Part shown: positions 34,024 through 41,712 of the stretch, piece by piece
Position numbering within the stretch: the first letter of the stretch is position 1
Layout: each line of letters starts with the position of its first letter
Origin: Candidatus Nealsonbacteria bacterium
Lineage (GTDB): Bacteria > Patescibacteriota > Minisyncoccia > Minisyncoccales > JAUWAW01
Reading direction: 5' to 3'
Assembly (NCBI GenBank): GCA_030601865.1
Contig: JAUWAW010000003.1
Location: 1-58,175, forward strand
DNA length: 58,175 nt
Notes under the pieces: generated by a model
The model's database searches: none
The model's input: the letters and a program-made list of their open reading frames with translations, nothing else
What the model was told of the DNA's origin: nothing
Position numbers and translations under genes: made by a program

Positions 34024-35800
34024 GAAAACCAAAACAAACATTATTCTCATGCTAGCCTTGTTCCTGGCACTTCCTTTGGTAGTCAGTGCCGATTACGGTG
34101 GCCAGCAAACCTCTTTTTTTGTTGACTCTGATTACGATTTATTGGGCAGAGAAAAGTTGACCGCCACCCTTATCAGGATCAGTCCCCATCTTTATTTTTA
34201 CCTTGATAATAACTGGTGGTCAGCGGTCAGCGCAGCCAAGCAAAGCGAAATTAAAACAGCCCTTCAGAATTTAGAAGAGGAATTTGAGAAAACAATTTAT
34301 CCAATTTTAACCGCAGCTTTTGGAACAGAATGGAGACCAGGCATTGATAAAGACGTCCACCTAATCATTTTAATTCATCCCATTGAGGAACAGGCCGGCG
34401 GCTATATCAGCACTGGAGATGAGTATTCTAAATTGCAGGTGCCCAATTCCAATCAGAGAGAAATGATTTATCTCAATTCAAAATACATTACCTCTCCTTT
34501 GGCCAAATCTTTTTTAGCCCATGAATTCACCCATTTAATTACTTTCAATCAAAAAGAAGTAAAAAGAGGAGTAACCGAAGAAATTTGGCTCAATGAGGGA
34601 AGAGCCGAATATGCCCCCACTTTGCTGGGATACGACAGTCCTTATATTGGCAGCAATCTGCAAACAAGAGTGAGAGATTTTTTACAAAATCCGCAGGACT
34701 CTTTAACTGAATGGAGAAATGACAAAGCCGACTACGGGGTCTTAAATCTATTTATCCAGTATTTAGTTGATTACTACGGAATTGAAATCTTAGTTGATTC
34801 TCTTCATTCAAAAAAGATAGGCATTCCCTCTCTTAATGAGGCCTTAGCCAAAAATGGCTATGACCAGGACTTTTCCCAAATTTTCACTGACTGGACCATA
34901 GCTGTCCTCTTAAATGATTGTTCTATTAAACACCCGATGTTAAGCGAGCAAAGCGAGACAACATCGGGTGTTGAATCTCCTTATTGCTACCTAAACCCAA
35001 ATTTAAAAAATGTGCGGGTTTCCCCTTCACTTAATTTTTTGCCTTTTGTCAAAAAGACGACTCTGGCAGTAACGGCCACCAGCAAAAATTGGGCCGCTAA
35101 TTGGTACAAATTTATTGGGGGCCAAGGCGATTTAAAACTGGAGTTTATTGGCTATCCTGATATTACTTTCAAAATCCCCTATTTGACCCAGGACTTAGCC
35201 GGAGAATATTCTCTTGACTTTTTTGAACTTGATGAACATCAACAGGGTCAGATTCTGATTCCTGATTTTGGGCAAAAGATTACTTCTTTGGTCATTATTC
35301 CCTCAATTCAGAGTAAAATGTCTGGCTTTGATGCTGATGAGGACTCTTATTCTTTTTTTTGGTCTGTCTCCAGCGAGGAGGAATCAAATACCCCACCTAA
35401 TGAAGAAGAAGAACCAGCTGAAGACATCCAGTCCCTCCTTGAAAAGATTAGTTTCTTAGAAAAACAATTGACTCTTTTAAGAGCCCAACTCAAAACCCAG
35501 CTGGCCCCCACACCTCTGGAGGTGTGGGGGCTGGCCGGACCCCAGGCCTTAGAATACAATTTGCAGTATGAGGATAGGGGAGAGGAAATCAAACTTTTAC
35601 AGACCTGGTTGGCTAAAGACCCCTTTGTTTATCCTGAGGGCTTGGTCACCGGCTATTTTGGCCCCCTGACCAAGGCAGCTGTCATCCGTTTTCAAGAAAG
35701 ATTTCCCGAGGAAGTGCTCAGCCCCTGGGGCCTGACCCAGGGCACTGGCTTTGTCGGCCCCACCACCCGCACCAAACTGAATGAATTATATACTTCTTAA
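34022..35800 (+). CDS. secreted HEXXH zinc-metallopeptidase-like protein with coiled coil and C-terminal peptidoglycan-binding domain
   Basis: Signal peptide, LAHEFTHLI plus downstream NEGRAEY (gluzincin pattern), C-terminal GYFGPLTKAAVIRFQE..GTGFVGPTTRTKLN nearly matching the PG-binding module of 28242..32798. Confidence 0.6.
   Translation: MKTKTNIILMLALFLALPLVVSADYGGQQTSFFVDSDYDLLGREKLTATLIRISPHLYFYLDNNWWSAVSAAKQSEIKTALQNLEEEFEKTIYPILTAAFGTEWRPGIDKDVHLIILIHPIEEQAGGYISTGDEYSKLQVPNSNQREMIYLNSKYITSPLAKSFLAHEFTHLITFNQKEVKRGVTEEIWLNEGRAEYAPTLLGYDSPYIGSNLQTRVRDFLQNPQDSLTEWRNDKADYGVLNLFIQYLVDYYGIEILVDSLHSKKIGIPSLNEALAKNGYDQDFSQIFTDWTIAVLLNDCSIKHPMLSEQSETTSGVESPYCYLNPNLKNVRVSPSLNFLPFVKKTTLAVTATSKNWAANWYKFIGGQGDLKLEFIGYPDITFKIPYLTQDLAGEYSLDFFELDEHQQGQILIPDFGQKITSLVIIPSIQSKMSGFDADEDSYSFFWSVSSEEESNTPPNEEEEPAEDIQSLLEKISFLEKQLTLLRAQLKTQLAPTPLEVWGLAGPQALEYNLQYEDRGEEIKLLQTWLAKDPFVYPEGLVTGYFGPLTKAAVIRFQERFPEEVLSPWGLTQGTGFVGPTTRTKLNELYTS
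34929..34972. repeat. hairpin element in-frame in the metallopeptidase-like gene
   Basis: Perfect 13-bp arms aacacccgatgtt / aacatcgggtgtt, loop aagcgagcaaagcgagac. It encodes KHPMLSEQSETTSGV. Confidence 0.9.
35505..35530. repeat. 26-bp palindrome in-frame (CCCCCACACC family)
   Basis: cccccacacctc tg gaggtgtggggg, which encodes PTPLEVWG. Confidence 0.9.
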
Positions 35801-35841
35801 CCCTTAAATCACCCTTAATCTTACCCTTAACCTACCCTTAA
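35800..35841 (+). repeat. four phased ACCCTTAA repeats just after the stop of 34022..35800
   Basis: Copies at 35800, 35811, 35823 and 35834 (spacing 11-12 bp). Confidence 0.85.
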
Positions 35842-35871
35842 ACATCTTTTCAGTTTTTTTGATGCACATTT

Positions 35872-35905
35872 AGAGAACACTCAGATAGAGAGAACACTCA
35901 GATAG
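35872..35905 (+). repeat. perfect tandem duplication of a 17-mer
   Basis: agagaacactcagatag occurs twice in tandem. Confidence 0.95.
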
Positions 35906-35968
35906 CCCGATGAAATGTTACCACTTATCCTGCCATGGCAAGATAAGTAGGCACAATTTGAGAGGGGT

Positions 35969-37216
35969 TTAATCTCTCGGGTTAAACACTTTTTTAGTTG
36001 CTTCTACCATTTTTTGCAAGGTGAATTGTTGTTCCAGTTTTTTTCTGGCTAAACTAGCCATTTGCCGGGCTTTATCTGGATGTCCCAGGACAGAGGCAAT
36101 TTTTTCAGCCAATTTTGGGCTGTTTTTTACTTCCACCAAGAGACCTTCTTTGGTATTTTCAATTATTTCTGGCACTGCCCCCACTTTGGTGGCTACAATG
36201 GGCACCTCAGCGGCCATGGCCTCTAAAATAACCCAAGGGAACCCTTCTTTCAAAGAAGGCAAAACAAAAACATCAAAGGCCTTTAAGTATTTGTAGGCAT
36301 TTGGAATACGGCCAACTAAAAAAACCGTATTTTCAAGGTTATATTTTTTTATTAGTGATTCTAACTTTGTTCGCAAGCGCCCCTCCCCAATGATTATTAT
36401 CTTGAAACCTGAATTTAAAATATGAGTTGCCTCGATTAAATATTTTAGACCCTTAGTTCTATAAAAGTTAGCCACAGTACCCACAATTGGTGACATCCGA
36501 TGTTGACATCCGATGTTGACATCGGATGTCAACAGACTAAATAAGTACTCTCTGGCTTTTTCTTTTAGCAAGAACTGCAATTTATTCACGTCAACCCCAT
36601 TATAGATTTTGACAATTTCGGGCAATCTACTATTGTCATTCTGAGCCGAAGGCGAAGAATCTCGTTCTTCCACGGGACCCTTCACTTTGTTCAGGGCGGC
36701 ACCTTCGGTGCCGATTTTATATTTTATGGCTAATTGCCGGTCAATTTCGCAATTAACAATGATTTTATCCTTAAAGCGGGCAGTCCATTTCTCCAGCCAA
36801 ATAATAATTTTGTTTTGCCAAGCCGGCCTGGGGTCGCGAAAAGCCCAACCACCAATACGATAAATAACCCGGCTTTTTTTATAGAGACGACCGGCAATAG
36901 AGCCTAAAATGCCCGCCGTGGTTGAATTCAAAAACAAAACATCCGGCTTTTCTTTTTTCAATAATTTGTAAATCTCCCTTATGGAAAGAAAAACACTAAT
37001 CGGTCCTGGTATCCTTTTGAGATATTTTAAGTTTTGAGTTTTAAGTTGTGGTTTTGAGTTTTGCGTTTTGAGTTTTGCGCTTAATTCTCCGTCTTTTTCC
37101 CCAGCCGCCACCAAAACTTCATAGCCTTCATTGGCAAGATAAAGCGAGGTATCAAAAATATATCTCTGCGCCCCGCCAAATTCCGATTGGGTAACGATAA
37201 AAAGAATTTTTGTCAT
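35969..37216 (-). CDS. GT4-family glycosyltransferase interrupted in-frame by three repeat elements
   Basis: N-terminal FGGAQRY and C-terminal EGFPWVILEAMAAEVPIVAT.VGA.PEII (GT4 E-x7-E region). Extra segments lie at 36491-36535, 36633-36713 and 37031-37078. Confidence 0.75.
   Translation of the reverse strand: MTKILFIVTQSEFGGAQRYIFDTSLYLANEGYEVLVAAGEKDGELSAKLKTQNSKPQLKTQNLKYLKRIPGPISVFLSIREIYKLLKKEKPDVLFLNSTTAGILGSIAGRLYKKSRVIYRIGGWAFRDPRPAWQNKIIIWLEKWTARFKDKIIVNCEIDRQLAIKYKIGTEGAALNKVKGPVEERDSSPSAQNDNSRLPEIVKIYNGVDVNKLQFLLKEKAREYLFSLLTSDVNIGCQHRMSPIVGTVANFYRTKGLKYLIEATHILNSGFKIIIIGEGRLRTKLESLIKKYNLENTVFLVGRIPNAYKYLKAFDVFVLPSLKEGFPWVILEAMAAEVPIVATKVGAVPEIIENTKEGLLVEVKNSPKLAEKIASVLGHPDKARQMASLARKKLEQQFTLQKMVEATKKVFNPRD
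36491..36535. repeat. REP2 cluster (about 2.5 copies) in-frame in the glycosyltransferase
   Basis: tgacatccgatgttgacatccgatgttgacatcggatgtcaacag. The minus-strand frame reads LLTSDVNIGCQHRMSP. Confidence 0.9.
36633..36713. repeat. composite hairpin element in-frame in the glycosyltransferase
   Basis: gtcattctgagccgaaggcgaagaatctc ... cccttcactttgttcaggg, plus the perfect hairpin cggcacc-ttc-ggtgccg (36697-36713). Confidence 0.7.
37031..37078. repeat. three copies of gttttgagtttt(gc) in-frame in the glycosyltransferase
   Basis: Copies at 37031-37042, 37051-37064 and 37065-37078, which encode KTQNSKPQLKTQNLK. Confidence 0.9.
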
Positions 37217-37281
37217 AAATGAGTTGACTTTTTAGCCTAATTGTATATATAATAGATTATTAGACTTAAATAAACAAGCAT

Positions 37282-38115
37282 ATGACTAAAAAAGTCGCGA
37301 TAATAGGTGTCGGCATGGTCGGAGGCGCCTTGCGGCGCTATTTTGAGAAAAAAGGAATAAAGCCCTTTCTCTACGATAAAGGCAGAAATCTTGGTTCGCC
37401 CCAGCAAATAAACCAAGCCGACATTATTTTTATTTGCGTTCCCACTCCCTATGACTGTCCTCTGCCAAGAGGGCAGGGCAAGGGCTTTGATTTATCCTGT
37501 GTTGAGGAGGCCCTTGGCAATATCCAGGGCAAAAAAATTATTGTTATCAAATCAACAGTCCTGCCCGGCACCACTGAAAAATTACAAAAGCAATATCCTC
37601 AACATAAGGTCTTATTCAATCCTGAGTTTTTAACCGAGGTAACAGCCGACCAGGATATGAATTATCCTGACCGCCAGATTATTGGCTATACCCGACAGAG
37701 CTACAATGCAGCCGGTGATGTTATGCAGATTCTGCCTTTAGCCCCTTTTGAAAGAATTATGCCGGCGACCGAAGCGGAGACAGTGAAATACTACGGAAAT
37801 ACCTGGTTTGCTACCAAAGTCATTTTTGCAAACCAACTCTATAAGCTTTGCGAAAAATTGGGCATTAATTACAATCAAGTAATGGAAGCCGCCGCCGCGG
37901 ACAAAAGAATCGGTCGATCTCACCTTTCAGTTCTTCACAAAGGTTATTACGGGTATGGCGGCAAATGCATCCCGAAAGATATCAAAGCACTTATTCAATT
38001 AGCAGATGAGAAAGGCGTTGACCTCAAACTTCATAAGGTTGTTGATGCTATTAATGAAGAACTGATGCGCCAGCAAGGCATTGAAGACCCTGAGAAATTT
38101 AGTAAAAGGGACTAA
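37282..38115 (+). CDS. UDP-glucose/GDP-mannose dehydrogenase-family protein, short form lacking the C-terminal domain
   Basis: GVGMVGG Rossmann motif, NPEFL, GYGGKCIPKDI catalytic-Cys motif. Only 277 aa. Confidence 0.65.
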   Translation: MTKKVAIIGVGMVGGALRRYFEKKGIKPFLYDKGRNLGSPQQINQADIIFICVPTPYDCPLPRGQGKGFDLSCVEEALGNIQGKKIIVIKSTVLPGTTEKLQKQYPQHKVLFNPEFLTEVTADQDMNYPDRQIIGYTRQSYNAAGDVMQILPLAPFERIMPATEAETVKYYGNTWFATKVIFANQLYKLCEKLGINYNQVMEAAAADKRIGRSHLSVLHKGYYGYGGKCIPKDIKALIQLADEKGVDLKLHKVVDAINEELMRQQGIEDPEKFSKRD

Positions 38116-38128
38116 CCTTTAAAACATT

Positions 38129-39031
38129 ATGGTTAAAGTATTAGTCACAGGCGGTGCCGGGTTCATTGGTTCTCACTTGGTAGATGCCCTAATTGAAAAG
38201 GGGCATCAGATTCTCATAATTGACAACCTCTCCACCGGCAAAAGAGAATACCTGAATGCCCAGGCCAAGTTTTTTGAAGCAGATTTGCGGGATTTTGATA
38301 AGATTCGTTCTTTATTTAGGGACGTTGATTTTGTTTTTCATCAGGCAGCCCTGCCGCGTATTCCTTTGTCAATTGAAAAACCTCAAGAAACCAATGAGGT
38401 AAATATTGGCGGCACTTTAAATGCTTTAGTAGCAGCCAAACAAGCAAAAGTGAAAAGATTTATTTACGCTGCTTCTTCTTCAGCTTACGGCAATCAAAAG
38501 GAATTGCCCTTGAGAGAAGATATGGTTCCTTCGCCTTTAAATCCTTATGCTTTGCAGAAATATGTGGGAGAACTCTATTGTCGGGTTTTCTTTGAAATTT
38601 ATGGCCTGCCAACTGTTTCTTTACGTTATTTCAACGTGTTTGGCCCTAGAGCTGGTCAGGAGGGGGCTTATGCAACAGTTATCCCTATATTTTTAAGACA
38701 GAAAAGAGCCGGCCAACCTTTAACTATTGACGGCGATGGCGAGCAAACTCGCGACTTTTCCTGGGTAGGTGATGTTGTCAGGGCCAATATTTTAGCTATG
38801 ACTTCAGGCAAGGTCGGTAGGGGAGAGGTAATCAACATCGGTGCCGGCGACAATCATAGTGTTAACGAGATAGCAAAAATAATTGGCGGAGAAACCTTTA
38901 ATACTCCTGTTCGGCTTGGCGACATCCGCCATACTTTGGCAGACATCACTCGAGCCAAGGAACTACTGGGCTGGGAACCAAGAGTAAAATTAGAGGATGG
39001 AATTAAATCTATTGATATCGGATATCAATAA
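38129..39031 (+). CDS. NAD-dependent nucleotide-sugar epimerase/dehydratase (SDR)
   Basis: VTGGAGFIGSHL, SSSAYG, YALQK (YxxxK). Confidence 0.85.
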   Translation: MVKVLVTGGAGFIGSHLVDALIEKGHQILIIDNLSTGKREYLNAQAKFFEADLRDFDKIRSLFRDVDFVFHQAALPRIPLSIEKPQETNEVNIGGTLNALVAAKQAKVKRFIYAASSSAYGNQKELPLREDMVPSPLNPYALQKYVGELYCRVFFEIYGLPTVSLRYFNVFGPRAGQEGAYATVIPIFLRQKRAGQPLTIDGDGEQTRDFSWVGDVVRANILAMTSGKVGRGEVINIGAGDNHSVNEIAKIIGGETFNTPVRLGDIRHTLADITRAKELLGWEPRVKLEDGIKSIDIGYQ

Positions 39032-39036
39032 ATAAC

Positions 39037-40005
39037 ATGGCAAAAATACTGATAACTGGCGGGGCGGGATTTGTTGGCAGTCATCTTGCTGAAAAACTTC
39101 TTCAAAAAGGAGAAGAGGTTTTTGTTGTTGACAATCTTTCTACTGGAAGTTTAAAAAACATAGAACATCTTAAAGAGAATCAAAATTTTCATTTTATTCA
39201 GGGCTCGGTGCTGGATGAGGACTTAATGGAAGAAGTTATCCAGCCAGTAGATGAAATTTATCATTTAGCTGCGGCCGTGGGTGTTAGACAGATACTGGGC
39301 AAACCCTTGAAGTCCCTTTTAACTAATATAAAAGGCACTGAAATAGTTTTGAAAGAAGCAGAAAAAGGCAGGGTAAAAACATTGGTCGTTTCAAGTTCTG
39401 AGGTTTGCGGTAAGGGTGACAAACTTCCCTTCCGAGAAGAAGACGACAGAACCTATGGCTCTGTTTATAATGACCGCTGGGTTTATGCTTTTTCCAAGGC
39501 CGTGGATGAATTTTTGGGCTTAGCTTATTGGCGTGAGAAAAATTTGCCGGTTGTTATTATTCGGCTTTTTAATGTTATTGGTCCCCGGCAAACTGGGTTT
39601 TACGGTATGGTTGTCCCCACTTTTGTTAAGCAAGCTCTTAAAGGAGAGAATATTACTGTTTTTGGCGATGGCCAGCAATGTCGCTGTTTTGCTGATGTTG
39701 ATGATATTACAGATGCCTTAATTAAACTGATGGCTGAGAAAAAAGGCGAGGGTAAGCTTTTCAATTTGGGCTCTAATAGAGAAATTAGTATAAATCATTT
39801 GGCGGAGTTGGTCAAAAAACAAACCAGCAGTTCCTCGGAAATAATTCATATCCCCTATGAAAAGGCCTACCCCGAGGGCTATGAGGATTTTCGGCGCCGG
39901 GTGCCAGATATTACAAAAATTAAAAATCTGATTGGCTATGGAGTAAAAGTATCTTTGGAAGAAAGTATAAGAAAGATTATAGAGTATCAGAAAACAACTC
40001 TATGA
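39037..40005 (+). CDS. NAD-dependent nucleotide-sugar epimerase/dehydratase (UXS/ArnA-C-like SDR)
   Basis: ITGGAGFVGSHL, SSSEVCG, YAFSK (YxxxK). Confidence 0.85.
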   Translation: MAKILITGGAGFVGSHLAEKLLQKGEEVFVVDNLSTGSLKNIEHLKENQNFHFIQGSVLDEDLMEEVIQPVDEIYHLAAAVGVRQILGKPLKSLLTNIKGTEIVLKEAEKGRVKTLVVSSSEVCGKGDKLPFREEDDRTYGSVYNDRWVYAFSKAVDEFLGLAYWREKNLPVVIIRLFNVIGPRQTGFYGMVVPTFVKQALKGENITVFGDGQQCRCFADVDDITDALIKLMAEKKGEGKLFNLGSNREISINHLAELVKKQTSSSSEIIHIPYEKAYPEGYEDFRRRVPDITKIKNLIGYGVKVSLEESIRKIIEYQKTTL

Positions 40006-40739
40006 ATAAAGTTTGTTTTGTCTCCATAGATGTGGAACGTAGCGTGGAGAATTTGGATAAGATTTTAGATATTTTTAAAAAATATAATCTACCAGCAACT
40101 CTTTTTACTACCGGCTACGTTCTGGAAAGATATCCGGAGCGTGTCCTTAGCTGGAGCAGGGACTTTGAGATTGCCTGCCACACTTTTACTCATAGATATT
40201 GGGACACCATTTCACAAGAAGAAAGAGAGACAGAATTAGAAAAATTTAATAAGTTATACGGACAAATGTTTAACAGAAAGCCGGCTGGTTTTCGCGTTCC
40301 CTCTCATATTATTGATGAATCAGGTTTGAAACTTTTAGAAAACAAAGGTTTTTTATACGACAGCAGTATTGTGCCGCATTATCCTCCTTTTAAAAGATAT
40401 CGCGGCTATCAGGGAAAAGCGCCTTTAGTCCCTTATTACCCTGACGAGCAGAATTGCCGTCAAAAAGGAAAGATGAGAATTTTAGAAATTCCTGCTGCTG
40501 GCGGCTTATTCGGTCTGCCGTTAGTCGGCGTTTGGATTATTAAACTGCCCTTTTTCATCTTTAAGATTTCACTTGGGATTTATCAGCCGCCTTTTATAAC
40601 CTTGAGTATGCATCCCTGGGACAACTTGAAAACACGATTTCTAAGGAATTTGGAGCGGATGGTGAAATTATTAAAAAGTAAAAACTATCAGTTCGCTAAT
40701 GGCAGAGAAATTTATGCCTCAATTTCAAAAAATAAATAA
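40002..40739 (+). CDS. polysaccharide deacetylase (NodB-fold) family protein
   Basis: VSIDVE, TLFTTG, ACHTFTH, GFRVPSH pattern. 4-nt overlap with the upstream gene. Confidence 0.6.
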   Translation: MNKVCFVSIDVERSVENLDKILDIFKKYNLPATLFTTGYVLERYPERVLSWSRDFEIACHTFTHRYWDTISQEERETELEKFNKLYGQMFNRKPAGFRVPSHIIDESGLKLLENKGFLYDSSIVPHYPPFKRYRGYQGKAPLVPYYPDEQNCRQKGKMRILEIPAAGGLFGLPLVGVWIIKLPFFIFKISLGIYQPPFITLSMHPWDNLKTRFLRNLERMVKLLKSKNYQFANGREIYASISKNK

Positions 40740-41712
40740 CAAAGACGAATGGCAGCAAATGTTAGATAAAGTTCTTTTCAAAACTTTTTTCCACCATCTT
40801 GAGTGGGAAAATTTTTTGGAACAAAATTTTAAGTGGCTAAAATTTGAGCGCTATCTTTATCAAGACCAAGCCCTCCTCAGCTTAGCCCGAGTTCAAATCT
40901 TGGGTAAAGAAAAATTAATCTCCCATCCTTTTTGTGAATATGGAGGCCCTTTGTTTCTGAAAGAGAAGATTGATTTTCAGGCATTCAAAAAGGACTTATT
41001 GGAAGAATTTAAAGAGCCTTTAAGAATAAGTTTTCATCCAAAACTTTTGAATTATTTTGAAAATATCAAATTAGAAGATATGGAAAGTTGGCGAGATACT
41101 TATTTAATAGAAAATTTTTCTCAATTAAAAAAAGAAGATTTACTTTCTTCCTTTCGCTATGACACCCGCCACGCTATTAAAAAAGCAGAAAAGCAAGGTT
41201 TTACTTTTGAGGAAGCCAAATCAGGAAGGGAGCTTAGGGAATTTTACAAGCTTTATCTCCAAACAGTGAAGAGACACAAAAATATCCCTGTTCCCTTCTC
41301 ATTTTTTAAGTTTTTCAATAAATCAGCAAAAATTTTTTTATTAAAAAAGGAAAATAAGATAGTAACCGGTAGTATATTTCTGTTTTATAATAATTTTATT
41401 CATTACTTTATTACGGGTTCTAATTACAATATTCTTCGTAAATTTAATGCCAACCATTTGCTCTTGTGGCGGGTAATGAAGAAATATATAGGTTGCGGTT
41501 ATGATTTTTTTGACTTAGGAGCTACCAGAAGAGATTCTCATCTTGAAATTTTCAAAAGAGGTTGGAGGGGCAAAAAATACCCTATTTTTGAATTGAACAA
41601 GTTACCTCTAACAGAAGGGCTTAGAAGATCAAAATTAAGGAATATTTTGGGGGTCTTGCCTTGTTCTCTCTTAAAAAGATTAAGCCCTTATTTACTTAAA
41701 TACAAACTTTAA
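40699..41712 (+). CDS. FemAB/GNAT-like acyl(aminoacyl)transferase
   Basis: 337 aa. FemAB-like layout (..TRHAIKKAEKQGF.., FYKLY..T.KR, LLW..M......GY..FDLG). Assigned by pattern only. Confidence 0.5.
   Translation: MAEKFMPQFQKINNKDEWQQMLDKVLFKTFFHHLEWENFLEQNFKWLKFERYLYQDQALLSLARVQILGKEKLISHPFCEYGGPLFLKEKIDFQAFKKDLLEEFKEPLRISFHPKLLNYFENIKLEDMESWRDTYLIENFSQLKKEDLLSSFRYDTRHAIKKAEKQGFTFEEAKSGRELREFYKLYLQTVKRHKNIPVPFSFFKFFNKSAKIFLLKKENKIVTGSIFLFYNNFIHYFITGSNYNILRKFNANHLLLWRVMKKYIGCGYDFFDLGATRRDSHLEIFKRGWRGKKYPIFELNKLPLTEGLRRSKLRNILGVLPCSLLKRLSPYLLKYKL

Noticed and set aside
35800-35841. CCCTTAA repeats as telomere-like sequence or a linear-replicon end
   Set aside because: The repeats are spaced (11-12 bp) rather than tandem, lie in the middle of a gene-dense region and have a related array 1.8 kb away. 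They are more consistent with a binding-site array.
36491-36535. Closely spaced palindromic repeats (also 27186-27219 and 25415-25450) considered as a mini-CRISPR array
   Set aside because: The copies overlap or abut with no spacers, no cas genes are present, and they belong to the dispersed REP2 family.
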